A stretch of 64,000 nucleotides of DNA. Source: Selaginella moellendorffii. Lineage: Eukaryota > Plantae > Lycopodiophyta. The position numbers were made by a program, and so were the translations under genes. Numbering within the stretch: position 1 is the stretch's first letter; the number at the start of each line of letters is the position of its first letter. The notes under the pieces were generated by a model, which saw only the letters and a list, made by a program, of their open reading frames with translations, was not told the DNA's origin and searched no databases. Of this stretch, positions 11,264-26,563 are shown piece by piece. The stretch lies in NCBI RefSeq assembly GCF_000143415.4, contig NW_003314315.1, positions 496,001 through 560,000 on the forward strand, read 5' to 3'.

Positions 11264-14200
11264 ATGTTTTTTGGGAGGAACAGCTTCTTATCGTCCCAGG
11301 AGGAACAGCCACGAACAGAGAATGGAGAGCGAATTGGTCACGGGCCCTCTAGATCAAGCACAGGGAGCCGGTCGGATGGATCGGCACATCTAGACGTGTC
11401 CGACCCGTCGTTCGAATCTTTCAGGGAGTTAGTTTCTGGAAGCGATCTCCAGAGCGAAGTTTTCGGAGCTCCAGGATCCATGCAGAGTGAGAATGCTCCG
11501 GCCACAGCTCGCTCTCGGCTTTTCTCGGTGATTTCTTCCAAAGGACCACAAGCTCACGATCGCCATCCTTCTTCTTCCTCGGGTGCTGGTGGTCCTGCTC
11601 TTCCAGCAGCTCGCACTGATGCAAGGAAGGAAAGAGTAGTATATGTCGACAATCCTGGCAGGACTAATGAAAACTTCGAGTTCTCCGGGAACAAGGTCCG
11701 CACCAGCAAATACACGCTTATCTCGTTCCTTCCCAGGAATCTGTTTGAGCAGTTTCATCGGGTTGCCTACATCTACTTTCTCCTGATAGTGATACTCAAC
11801 CAGATTCCTCAGCTCGCGGTTTTTGGGAGGTTGGCTTCGCTGTTTCCTCTTCTCTTCGTGCTGGTTGTGACGGCTATCAAGGACGGTTACGAGGACTGGG
11901 GTCGTCACAGGTCGGACAGGGAAGAAAACAACAGGCTGTCTTGGGTGTTCCAGAATGGCCGGTTTGAGCCAAAGAGGTGGAAGAAAATTGAAGCCGGGGA
12001 AGTAGTGAAGATTTTTCAGGACGAGTCCATTCCGTGCGATATAGTTTTACTGGGAACGAGCGATGCAAACGGAGTAGCTTACGTCCAGACCATCAATCTA
12101 GACGGAGAGACGAACTTAAAGACGAGATATGCACGGCAGGAGAGTGCAAGCAAGCATCCTGGCCTGGCTCCCATCACCGGCAAAGTCGTCTGCGAGCCTC
12201 CAAACAGGAATATCTACGACTTTGTGGCGTACTTGGAGATCGATGACACTCAAGCTCCGCTCGGGCCAAACAACATCATACTCCGCGGGTGTGTGCTCAA
12301 AAACACCGCATGGATCGTGGGAGTTGTGGTTTATGCGGGAAAGGAGACGAAGGCTATGCTCAACAGCTCTGGTGCGCAGTCCAAACGAAGCAGGCTGGAG
12401 CAGCATATGAACAAGGAAACTCTGTGGCTCTCGTTTTTCTTGCTGATCATCTGTATTGCCGGCGGTGTTGGGATGGGAAAATGGGTTCACGATCACGACA
12501 GCGATCTAAACAACTTTCCTTACTACAAGAAGCGTGACACAGCGGACAAGAAGTTCATGTACTATGGACCTTTTGGAGAGGGGGTGTTTGCGTTTCTCAG
12601 CTTCATCATCATGTTCCAGATCATGATCCCGATTTCCTTGTACATCTCCATGGAGCTTGTTCGTCTCGGCCAGAGTTACTTCATGGTGAGAGACGTTGAG
12701 ATGTTTCACGCGCCGTCAAACTCGAGACTCCAGTGCCGTGCTCTAAACATCAACGAAGACTTGGGACAGGTGAAATACATCTTCTCAGATAAAACTGGCA
12801 CACTAACCGAGAATAAGATGGAATTCCACTCAGCCAGCATTGGAGGGGTTGATTATAGCAACGTTCTTGCAGCTAAAATTTCTGGTACTTCTGATTCCTC
12901 GGATGGCATGCAAGTTGAAGGTAACTCTTTTTTCTGTTTAAGGTATTTGTTTCATGTTTATGATCGTTTCTATGTTTGTCAAGTAGGTAGCCATCTCAAG
13001 TCTGGCGTTCGTCTTGATCCCAACTTATTAGAACTTCTTCAAACGGAGGTCACGTCCTCGGAAGCAACTTTTGTTCACCGTTACATGCTGGTGCTTGCGG
13101 CCTGTAATACAGTGGTTCCGACTCGTCACAGTGGATCGCTGCAATATCAGGCTGAATCTCCAGACGAGCAGGCTTTAGTTTTTGCGGCGTCTGCTTACGG
13201 CTATACACTTTTAGACCGAACTACTTCAACGATAGTACTGGATGTTCTTGGAGAGCAGAAAAGGTGACAAGTCTTCGTGCTGAAATGTTTGCTCTAACAC
13301 TACGTGGAACCATTTGCTGCAGCTACAAAATTGTAGGAATTCACGAGTTCGACAGTGTACGCAAGCGCATGTCGATCGTTGTGGAGTGCCCCGATAACAC
13401 GTACAAGCTGCTAGTGAAAGGAGCGGACACCGCAGTGATGGATATCATTGCCAGGCCATCCGAGCAAGTAGAGTCAGGCTCAGGTTCCCTTGCAGACGGT
13501 CATTTGCAAGCAGGGGTGCTGTTTGCAACACAGAGGCACTTGGACTTCTATTCTACGCAAGGATTGCGCACTTTGGTTGTTGCTTTCAAGGATTTGGGGC
13601 AGCCCGAGTTTGAAGAGTGGCACGAAAAGTACAAGAGAGCTAGCACGGCACTGGTGGACAGGGTGAAGTTGCTACGAGAGGCGGCTAGTTTAATAGAAAG
13701 AAATCTGGCCTTGCTGGGAGCTACTGCAATTGAGGACAGGTTGCAAGATGGAGTACCCGAAACAATCTCGTCCCTGCGGAATTCGGGCATCAAAGTTTGG
13801 GTCTTGACAGGAGACAAGCAGGAGACTGCGATTTCTATTGGCTTTTCTTGCGCTCTTCTCACTCCGGACATGGAAAAAGTAATTGTCAACGCTAACACGA
13901 AAGAGCTCTGCGTCGAGAAGCTCAAATCAGCTATCAGAGAGCATGGGATTACTGAGACCAAGGACGTGCACGTTGTAGAGAAGAACTTGAATGCTGTTAA
14001 AGGTGATTCTACCCGCAAGAAACAACTGGCTCTTATTATCGATGGGAACAGTCTCGTGCACGCTCTTTCGCCGGACGTAGAAGAACTCGTAAGTGATATT
14101 CTCTTTTCTAAGTTTGTTTTACCTTTAACATCTTCTCGGTGTGTTTTCTCGCAGCTCTTTGACTTAGCCGTAGCATGCAGAATCGTTATTTGCTGTCGCG

Positions 14201-15416
14201 TCGCGCCGCTGCAAAAAGCCGGGATTGTCTCGTTGATGAAACGAAGAACAAAGGACATGACTCTCGCTATTGGAGATGGTGAGTGATTTTTTTTCTTTTT
14301 GACTTTTGTGGCCTAGAAGTGGTTTTCATTTCCCGAAGTTGTGCTCAGGAGCCAATGATGTCTCCATGATACAGACAGCAGATGTTGGAATTGGATTGAG
14401 TGGCCAGGAAGGTCGGCAAGCAGTCATGGCATCTGACTTTGCATTGGGCCAGTTTCGATTCTTGAAACGGCTTCTCCTCGTCCACGGTCACTGGAACTAC
14501 CAGCGTCTCGCGTATATGGTGCTCTACAACTTTTACAGGAATGCCGTGTTCGTGATGATGCTCTTCTGGTAAGCTCACTCTCGTTTTTCTTCTCACTTTT
14601 CTTCCTTTGTCGTTGACATCTGCCTATAGGTACATTTTGCACACAGCCTTCTCCGCACAGACAGCGCTTTTCGACTGGAACTTGATGTTCTACTCGCTGA
14701 TATACACCTCCGTGCCAACGATCGTCGTCGGGATTCTAGACAAGGACTTGAGTCACAAAACTTTACTCGGACTTCCTCCACTCTACGGTGTCGGACAGAG
14801 AAACGAGAGCTACAACTCGGTGCTCTTCTGGGCGACGATGCTGGACACGCTGTGGCAGAGCTTGGTTCTCTTCTACGTACCGTTTTTTACGTTCCAGGGA
14901 ACGACCATCGATATCTGGGGGATGGGCTGCTTATGGGCCGCAGCAGTGGTGGTGTTGGTCAACTTACACCTCGCTATGGACGTCTTACACTGGACTTGGA
15001 TCACTCACGCGGCGATCTGGGGATCCATCGTCGTCTCCTTTGCGTGTTTCTTCGTGCTGGACGCCTTGACAGACAAAGGATTCATCGCACACTACAGGTA
15101 CTCACTCACTCTTTCGTTTCCCTTGTTTTGATCTCTAGTGGTGTTCTTCTCTCGCAGAGTTATGTTTCATATGGCATCGACTGCGGTGTTTTGGCTAAAC
15201 ATCTTACTCGTAATCGTTGTCGCGTTGCTTCCCCGATTCTGTGCAAAGGTACTGATGCAAAAGTTTTGGCCGTCTGACCTTCACATTGCTAGGGAGCTCG
15301 AGCTAAAAAATCGAGCCGCCATTTCGGAGTTTGTGAAATCGTCCGCCCCTTCTCCCAGAATGGTGGAGCTCGACGATGTTCCTTACTCTGACAAAGAGAG
15401 TAAAGAAGACGAATAG
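11264..15416 (+). CDS. ALA1: P4-type ATPase phospholipid flippase (ALA1-like), multi-exon
   Basis: [24 protein letters not shown] phosphorylation motif, [14 protein letters not shown]|[16 protein letters not shown]. Confidence 0.93.
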
Positions 15417-15538
15417 AAAGGCAACTTTGCATAAAAATTCTTAGATCTGGACCGTCGGCTCAAAACGACTTTGGACCGTCGGTTTCCTGGCATATTCGTC
15501 AGGATTTTTGGGATGAGCCCTAAACCCTGGCGCGCGGA

Positions 15539-17932
<2,394 letters not shown>

Positions 17933-18060
17933 ATTGTAAGCTGAATATCCTCTGGAGCAGAATATTCTCTTGCGGCTCTTAAGCAGAATATCCGCCTTTA
18001 TATCCGTTTATTATCTGCGGCGCAGGTTAGGGTTTTTGTGTTCTTCCCAGGGTCTTCGCG

Positions 18061-20234
18061 ATGAACGACTACAATGTCGCCGGCATGCCCGCGCGCCCCA
18101 AGGCTGCGCAGAACCGGGCCACTGTCCAGCAGCTCAAACTGGTAAATCTCGTCTCGCCTCTTCTCTTTGATCGGCTTCTCAGCCCTTTTCTTTCAGATCG
18201 GCCAGAGCCATCCCACCGGATTGACTGCGAATCTTTTGAAGCTCTTCGAGCCGCGGCCTCCTCTCGAGTATAAGCCGCCGCCGGAGAAGCGGAATCTTCC
18301 ACCGTATCATGGTAAGAAAGGATTGCTCGTGGAACTGGTTTCTTAAGCTCTACCAGGTATTTCACAATTTGTCCAACACTTTGCGGAGCCTGGTGATCCG
18401 GAGTACAGTCCTCCAATTGTGAAAGCTGAAACTCCGGTATGACAATCGGAATCTCTTCTTTCCTTGTTTCTAAACTTGTGATTTTCAGTCTCAAAGACGA
18501 GCAAGGATCCATAGCGTTCGTCTGGAGAAGGGGGCGGAGAAGGCAACTGAGGATCTGGAAAAATGTGAGTCGTCATGGATTCTCATCTTTCGATGCTCAT
18601 TTTGTTTCTTTCAGATGACCCTCAAACCGATTCCAACATTGAGGGCGATCCATACAAAACACTATTTGTCGCGAGGATTGTAAGTTTTTTTTCTCCTCTA
18701 TTTCCTGGCAAGGCTTCATCTTGTCCTTTGTTCTTTTTTTTTCTTTCCATAGAGTTACGAGACAACGGAACACAAAATTAAAAGGGAGTTTGAGGCCTAT
18801 GGTCCAATAAAAAGGGTAGGTATCCAACTGTGGTGGTCAAGGAGCTTACAACTCCTCGACTGTGGTAAGATATCCTGTTGTGAGTTCACTCTTATCCTTA
18901 CCATTTTCCCGTTTATTTTTCTCATCACATTTTAGCTGCATCGAAAGCACATACTTGTCTAAGCTGCAGATATGTTTCCATGGCTTTCTTCTACTCCACT
19001 GCATGAGTTTTGTTTCTGAAGACTGAGAAGTAAGTGTGTTTTATCAGGTATAAGCCCTTTTCTTCTTTTTTCTTTTACTTCATCGGATTGACAAATATCC
19101 AAGACTTGGAGCGCATGTTTGTTTGTTTGCAGATTAGCAACACACCGAAATTATCTGGCTAGAACAAGAGTCTAGACAGGCAATCTCAAACCTTTTCCTA
19201 GTTTAGAGTCAGCCATGCTAGTTTGCTTTCGCCCCTGGTAAGAGGGTTTTACTGGTAAGCCAACAAAGTTTGAAACTCGTTACTCTCGACGCGTATCTTA
19301 TGTCTTTGAAGCTGGGCACGGCGAGTGAGGCTTAATGCCTTCATGTCTGCCGTGTGGAATAGCGTGCATTTTAATAGTCCGCTTGGTTTGTGCTCTTCAG
19401 AGCGCGAGAATCGTCTTACTTAATACTCTTTTCGTTCTCCAGGTTCGCCTTGTCCATGACAAGGACAGTAATAAGCCTCGCGGGTATGCTTTCATCGAGT
19501 ACTTCCATACACGCGACATGAAAGGTACGTGGTTTCCTTTTGCAAGCTTTGCTGATATGAATTTGTTTGTTCTCCTTGTAGCTGCTTACAAACAAGCCGA
19601 TGGACGGAAAATTGATAACCGGAGAGTTTTAGTTGATGTCGAGCGTGGTCGGACGGTGCCGAACTGGAGACCCCGGAGGCTTGGCGGTGGTCTGGGGTCT
19701 ACTCGTGTCGGTGGCGACGAAGTGAATCAAAAGTACTCCGGCCGGTATGCTCCTATCTCTTTCGTTTGTGCTCTTGAAAATCCATTTTTCTTCCTCAGAG
19801 AACCACAAGTAGGGGGCGCTAGAACTGAGGAGAAGCCCCGGGACGAAAGAAGCCCGGACGAAAGGTTTGTGTTTCCTTTGTGTATACTTTTGAGTTGTCT
19901 AAAAGTTTTTTCTTTTTGCAGAGACCGAGAAAGAGATCGCGATCGAGAGAGAGACCGTGATAGAGATCACAAAGATCGAGACAGGCCGAGAGACCGGGAG
20001 AGGCACCGAGAGAGGGACCGAGACCGGGATAGGGAGCACAGAGAAAGAAGCCGTGGAAGAGAGAGGGACCGAGAGAGAGGAGGCCGCCGAGATCATCACG
20101 AACGAGGGGAGCGCGAGAGAGACCGAGAGCGTGATAGAGATCGAGAGCGCGATAGAGGCTACGAGCGAGAGAGAGACAAAGATCGCGATAGAAGTGAGAA
20201 GTCTCGTTCTAGAGAGCCTATGGAGATGGACTAG
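18061..20234 (+). CDS. U1-70K: U1 small nuclear ribonucleoprotein 70 kDa, multi-exon
   Basis: [26 protein letters not shown]1 [36 protein letters not shown]-rich tail. Confidence 0.96.
18816..19442 (+). promoter_or_regulatory. Long U1-70K intron inside the RRM with clustered 5'-splice-site-like motifs and candidate poison exons
   Basis: 627 nt, against ~45-75 nt for the other introns; GTAAGA 18865, GTGAGT 18880, GTAAGT 19030, GTAAGA 19238, GTAAGC 19255, GTGAGG 19325. Confidence 0.7.
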
Positions 20235-20429
20235 AATACGTTTATCTATTTGTCCTTGTATACTTTCTTTCAACGGCTTTAGTTTGATTTACTTGCGAAG
20301 ATTCTATGAAAGATTCTTTAGGGTTTATGGGAGGGAATGCTGGTGGTGGAGGATGATCGGCCGTGGCGGCAACTGCTTCTCGGCTGGATTATGAGCGATT
20401 GAAGCGTAGGAGGTGCTGGATTAGCTAGG

Positions 20430-23424
20430 ATGATCGTCGCCAGTATCTGGCAGCAGGCAATCTACTACACCGCGAATAATCTCTTGCCGGACGCGGTGTG
20501 TGTGCTGAATCGCAAGCGCCAGCAGTGGCGGAGCACGAATTTCCAGCGATGGAGCGCCAAATCGAGCGGATTGAGAGCAATTCCGGTGACGGACAAGGCT
20601 TCCTGGATAGAGGTACATGAATTTCTTCTTGCGCTAGAATCGGATTCACGATAAAGCTTACAGGAGGAGGAAGCCCAGGAATTCTCCCTCGGGCCACTAT
20701 CGGGCGATCTTGCGGAGATAGAAGCCTTCTGTCGAATCCAGCGCCTTGCCGAGCAGCTCCACAGGACCGTGATGGAATCTCTACGTCGGTTAGAGAGCGC
20801 CGACGAGAACGTTGGTGCTCGAGGTGTGTTTAGTTCGTCCTTGGAGGAGAAAGTGGTGGCTGGGCTGGGGTGCATTGGAGCTACTCTCCATCAGGGAAGG
20901 CTGGACATTCTAGGTGGCTACTCGAACGAGGAGGAAGAAAGGCTTCCTCGCCTCGCTCGGTTTCGATCCAAGCTTAGAGGGTGTTGCTCGTCGCTACGTA
21001 CCTCTCTCCAGTCCTTGTTACCGGCGAAAGGAGACCAGAATCTAGCGGTTTACAGGATCTTACACAGGCTGACCAACGTTTGCCTCGACGCTGGGTTTCC
21101 TCGTCCCGATGGAGCACCGTGCTATGGACACATTCCAAATTTCGCGACTGTCAAGCTCCAGAAAGGTGACGAGAATTTGGTGGAGTTTTGGAGGGGTGGG
21201 AACATCAATGAGGAAGGCCTGGAGTGGTTGCTACAGCGGGAGTTTAAGACGATTGTGGATTTGAGAGATGAAGATCCTCAGAACGAACTGGCCGAAGCAG
21301 CGCTCATGAAAGCCGAAGCGTCTGGGAGAATAAGGCGAGTAAGAATTCCCGTGTCAGTGCAGACAGCGCCGACGATGGAACAAGTCCGCGAGTTTGCGGA
21401 TATCGTCTCGGATGCTGCGAATCGCCCGGTTTTCCTGCAAAGCTATGCCGGCGTGGTGAGAGCATCAGCGATGGTATCCAGGTGGCGGGAGTTTGTGCTT
21501 CGTGGAGGCTTGGATCGTAACTGTACCGAGCCGATGTGCACAGTCGAAGACATATTTCTGGAGGAGACACCTGACAAAGCCTCTGAAAGCTCCAAGGTTG
21601 CAGCCAACATGTTAAGAACAACGAGTCCCTTCGAGGCTCAAATGCCGGGGCCGGATGTCTTCTCTCGCATGTCTATGGCAAGATTTTTCAAGAGGAAACG
21701 TACGCTGCCAGGCTCCGCCCGGCGGCAAAGGAGGACTATCTACTCTCGTTTGGATCCAGACGAGAACGCACAAAATGGACGCTTCAATGCCAAGGTTGAG
21801 GTGCCTAGCAAACCATCTGGAGGTAGCACGAATGGACGAGCTGGTGGCCGAGCAAAGGAAGAAGATGATAACGGCGCTGTCCAAGGTGATATGTGCGCTT
21901 CGAAAACCGGTGTCGTCAGGCTGCAGTCGAGGAAGAAGGCCGAGATGTATCTCGTGAGAACAGATGGTTATAGTTGCACCAGGGAGAGAGTGACGGAGTC
22001 GACGCTGGCATTCACGCATCCCAGTACACAACAGCAGATGCTCATGTGGAAGACTGCACCAAAGACGGTTTTGTTGCTAAAGAAGCTGGGAGAGGAGCTC
22101 ATGGAAGAGGCGAAACAGGTGAGAGCTTGGTATGTCCCTGGTTACGATGACTTAGTTTTCGTGGTTTCTCTGTGACCAGGTGGCTTCGTTTCTGTACAAT
22201 CACGAAGGCATGAATGTTATGGTTGAACCTGACGTACACGATCGATTTGCCAGATTTCCGGGTTTCGGATTCATCCAGACTTTCTACAATCACGATATTG
22301 GGTGATTTCTTCTCAGACGATTTATTATTGTCTGTTTTTACTGTTTTAGTCTGTTTCTTGGCTAAAATCTTTTTGTTTTTGACTTGGCAGCGAGCTCCAT
22401 GAAAGAGTTGATTTTGTGGTGTGCCTCGGTGGAGATGGAGTCATCTTGCATGCATCCAATTTGTTTAGGAGTGCTGTTCCTCCCGTGGTTTCTTTCAATC
22501 TTGGCTCCCTCGGATTCTTAACTGCTCATCCCGTAAGTGTTCGTTCTCGCTGATTGCAAAGGTTCTAACACAAGCCCATGCTTTTAGTTTGAGGACTTCA
22601 AACAAGACTTACGCGCGGTCATACACGGAAATAGAATAGAAGGGGTGTATGTTACTTTGCGTATGCGCTTGAGGTGTGAAATCGTCAGAGATGGACAACC
22701 GGTTTCAGGGAAGGTCTTTGAAGTTCTTAATGAAGTTGTCGTGGACAGAGGATCGAATCCTTATCTCTGCAAGATCGAATGTTACGAAAGGAACCGGCTC
22801 ATCACAAAGGTAAGCTTTTTTTCCGTGGACAATGGAGGTTTTGCGACAACTCTCTTCACAGGTTCAAGCGGACGGGGTGTTAGTAGCCACACCGACTGGT
22901 AGCACAGCTTACTCCACTGCTGCTGGAGGATCAATGGTTAGTAATAGATTGGTTTGAAAGCTTTATCTAACTGGCTTATTCTATGATCTCAGGTTCATCC
23001 GAATGTGCCTTGTATGCTGTTCACGCCCATCTGTCCTCATTCGTTATCGTTTCGTCCTGTGATCCTACCCGACTCTGCTATTCTTGAACTGAAGGTACGC
23101 TAACTTTTCTGTTCACTTCTGGACTTTTGGCGTGGTTCATGCACCCTCGCTTGAGTTTCGTGACGCCCTGAGACTAGCTAGAGCTATGGCACCATTACAG
23201 TTTTTACTTTGCAGGTTCCCAGTGACTCAAGAAGCAATGCTTGGGTCTCGTTTGACGGGAAAAAGAGGCAGCAGCTCACCAAAGGCGATTTGGTGCGAAT
23301 TCATATGGGCAGGAATCCAATGCCTACAGTTAACAAATCCGACCAGACGTCCGATTGGTTTCGGAGCCTGGACAGATGCTTTAACTGGAGTGCTCGTAAA
23401 GAACAGATGGCTCTACTTCACTGA
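20430..23424 (+). CDS. NADK2: NAD kinase 2, chloroplast type, multi-exon
   Basis: [16 protein letters not shown], phosphatase-like FWRGG...KTIVDLR domain, [48 protein letters not shown]. Confidence 0.94.
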
Positions 23425-23533
23425 CTAACAGGTTATTCATTGTAGGTTGCCTAAAGATACATGTCTTTCTTGCATGAAGTTTGTGTTTTCATCATCATAT
23501 TGACGCTTGTTCTAACTGTTACTGCTTTCACAG

Positions 23534-23794
23534 GTTCCAGAAGACGCGAGGAGCTCGGCATTTGTTTCTTTCGACGGGAAGCGAAAGCATCCCCTCAAAA
23601 TGGGTGAATCCATCCGAATCAGCATGAGCAAGCATCCCATGTCGACGGTAAATAAGCGGGATCAAACAGATGATTGGTTTGCCAGTTTGTCTCGATGCTT
23701 TGGCTGGAACCAACGAGCCGAGCAAAAGTCGATCACAGGTGCACACGCCAGGATTTGTTTTTCCATAAACTAGTACTCTTCTTTCGCAGGTTAA
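23534..23794 (+). CDS. Tandemly duplicated, diverged NADK2 terminal exon (candidate alternative last exon)
   Basis: Acceptor TTTCACAG, then open frame VPEDARSSAFVSFDGKRKHPLKMGESIRISMSKHPMSTVNKRDQTDDWFASLSRCFGWNQRAEQKSIT, colinear with exon 23215-23424. Confidence 0.75.
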
Positions 23795-24214
23795 CGACGT
23801 AGCTAAGTTGGCACTGCAGGGACATGAAAAAAAGCGTAAACTCCAAATTTAAGTGTTCGCCACCTTCGCCCCGACAATGATGCCGCATTGGTGAAGTAGA
23901 CCTCCTTGCGGATCAGGCTGAAGAAAATATGCGCACGGGCTTACTCATTAAATTAGTTCAAATGCTGTTAATAAACCACTAATGTTCAACCACTAGAATG
24001 ATCTTTTTTTTATCAGGTATATCCCTATATATTAAGTGGTTGCTTTTATGTTATACATGTACAATTATTACAAAAACATCGATATTGGATAACATGATGA
24101 TCCAACTTGGATATACATGATATATTTTAAGAACTTTTTGGGGTACTGTAAAATAATTATCTACAAATATGCTCTTGAAAATATTATATAAATATAACTT
24201 TTTTTGGAAAATTG

Positions 24215-24330
24215 GTGATGTAATTGTTCAAGCAGAACTCTTGATTGTCATAGGTTTGAATCACAAAGCTATGGAAGCATCTGAAAGAGTTGTCTATAAG
24301 GGCAAGGTTTTCCTTGTTTAAGATTATATA
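24215..24330 (+). pseudogene. Decayed 3' remnant of an MDR reductase paralog
   Basis: TGTTCAAGCAG...TCACAAAGCTAT...ATCTGAAAGAGTTG...GGGCAAGGT...CTTGTTTAAGAT matches 26445-26570 with deletions. Confidence 0.7.
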
Positions 24331-25393
24331 TATCACAAAAATAAACTGACTAAGTCCATCATTGTTATTAAATTATGAATTTCATTATCAATCTAATATT
24401 AATAATTTAGTAAGAAAAGTAAGTGGGTGGTAGGTGGCATATGGCAAAAGTTTCACTATACTCTGTCATAGAATGACTTTCTAGCCCTAGGTTTCATCTC
24501 ATATAGAAGATTTATGTATTATATGAATCATTTTTATATGTTTTTAAGCCCAATTACAACTTTACAAGGCTCTAGCTTTTGCCATTTTGTTTTGAGTAGC
24601 CTGGCCACAATAAATATTTTTTATTATAATGTTTTAATATTTTAAATTTAATAGATACCTTTCACAATTCAAGTTACATAAGAAATTTAATAACACATGA
24701 TTTGAAGTGAAACTCAAATATTTATTCTGGATACGGATATAGCCTTAGATATATTTGATAATGTTTAAAACTATTTTGGGAAACACTTTCAATAAAGGTT
24801 TTTTCAACCACTTAAGCAAATCACAAAACTAAATTTAGCGAAATCAAAGTATAATATAATTTATGTTGTTGTGCATGTTTGCCATTTATAAACTTAATTA
24901 TTTATAAACTGTCAAATCCTCATATTTTAACATTATCTTATATAAGATAAGTCTATACTTTCAATAAAATAATATAAAATTAAATATAAATGTATATAAT
25001 ATAATTTTTCTACTCTTGAAAAATACAAGGAAATAGAAGGATATGAATGAACATAATTTTTCTATTAAAAACAATTGGTAATAATATTATCATGCTATTG
25101 GAATTCATATGTTCACAATATAGCTAGGCTGTATGCAACATGCGTTTCTAATAAAATAATACAAATATTCTTGCAATTTGACTAAATATCTAGTGACAAA
25201 AACGAAATGTATAAACAATACATAAACAATGTCAAAGTAATACTAATTCAGGTTGAACTTTTATGAAAGAAATCTTTCTAATAAAATGGAAGACAGAGTA
25301 TAGCATCTACCACCTACACTGGACGCAAATGGTGTGGTGCAGTCCATGGGTTGTATATATATATAATGTTGCTACTCTTATGTTTTAATCATA

Positions 25394-26563
25394 ATGACAG
25401 GAACAAGAGCACTTTGTGTTCATCCAGAACACCCAATAGTTGACCTGCACAAGTCTCCCAAGCCACAGGGAAATCCTGAAGCTGGAGCTGTGTTGGTTCG
25501 TATCACTGCAAGGCCAATCCACGCTTTGGATCTCTCCGTCATCAGGAAAAAGTTCATCATCCCAGGGAGTCCAACAAATGTAATTCCTGGTTGCGAAGGC
25601 GTGGGGATCGTTGAAGCTGTACAGATATTCTTGGATTTGGTTTTTGAATGTACATGTGCTGATTGAAAATTTTGATGATCAGGTGGGTGAGGGTGTTTCA
25701 AGCGTGAAAAGGGGCGACAGAGTGATCCCGTTGCTGTTCTGGAGCTATTTTATCAGAAAGGGTGCGGGTTCCTGGCAGGATTATGTAGAAGTTCGTGAGG
25801 AGGAAGTAATTCTAGTCCCAGAAGAGATGCACGATGACACTGCAGCACAGTTTGTGAGTAATCCCTGGACTGCCTACTGTATTCTCCAGGATCTGGGTGT
25901 AGCTTCTGAAGACTACATCTTGCAAAACTGTGCTGGATCGGTTGTTGGCAGGCAAGTATATATATTTTGAGATCAGAATTTTGAACTTCTAGTACTGGTG
26001 TTTGGCAGACTGATCATCCAGATTGCAAAACACTGGGGCCTTAAAACGATCAGTCTTGTGAGAAGAGACGAGCTCAAGGAAGAACTGAGTGCAATTGGAG
26101 CTGATGTCGTTATCAATACCACCAAGGAAGGTCAAGAACACTTGTTTGTTGTGATTACGAGTAGCTTTGTAACATCACAAGTTCTGCAGATGTTTCAAAG
26201 GTAGTAAGAGCCGTGACAAACGGGGAGGGAGCTGTTGCAGGAATCGATATGCTAGGAGGATATTCAACGAAATTAGCAGCGGCAAACGTTCGTTCTGGTG
26301 GTAAGCTCGTCACCATCGGTACCTTGGAATCAACAGACCTCGTCATCTCCTTCAATGACATGTGGAGGAACATTCATCACAATATTTGGGGCCTGATTAA
26401 CTTCCAAGGAGATAAACACAAAGTGGCAGAAGAGGTGATGCAGCTGTTCAAGCAGGGAATTATAGAAACACCTGGTTGCCGTAGGTTTGAATTTGAAGAG
26501 TATCACAAAGCTATTGAGGAATCTGAGAGAGTTGCCAGTGGGGGCAAGGTCTTACTTGTTTAA
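25394..26563 (+). CDS. Medium-chain dehydrogenase/reductase, enoyl-thioester reductase / quinone oxidoreductase-like (zinc-independent), 4 exons
   Basis: VRITARPIHALD, PGCEGVGIVEA|VGEGV..GDRVIP, NPWTAY, AGSVVG NAD(P)H-binding motif, C-terminal GKVLLV*; intron 2 has a GC donor. Confidence 0.88.

Noticed and set aside
19899-20394. GA-rich repeat and overlapping alternative-frame ORFs
   Set aside because: Explained by the RD/RE dipeptide tail of U1-70K
24340-25380. AT-rich block as a possible transposon
   Set aside because: No termini, TSD or coding remnants that I could identify
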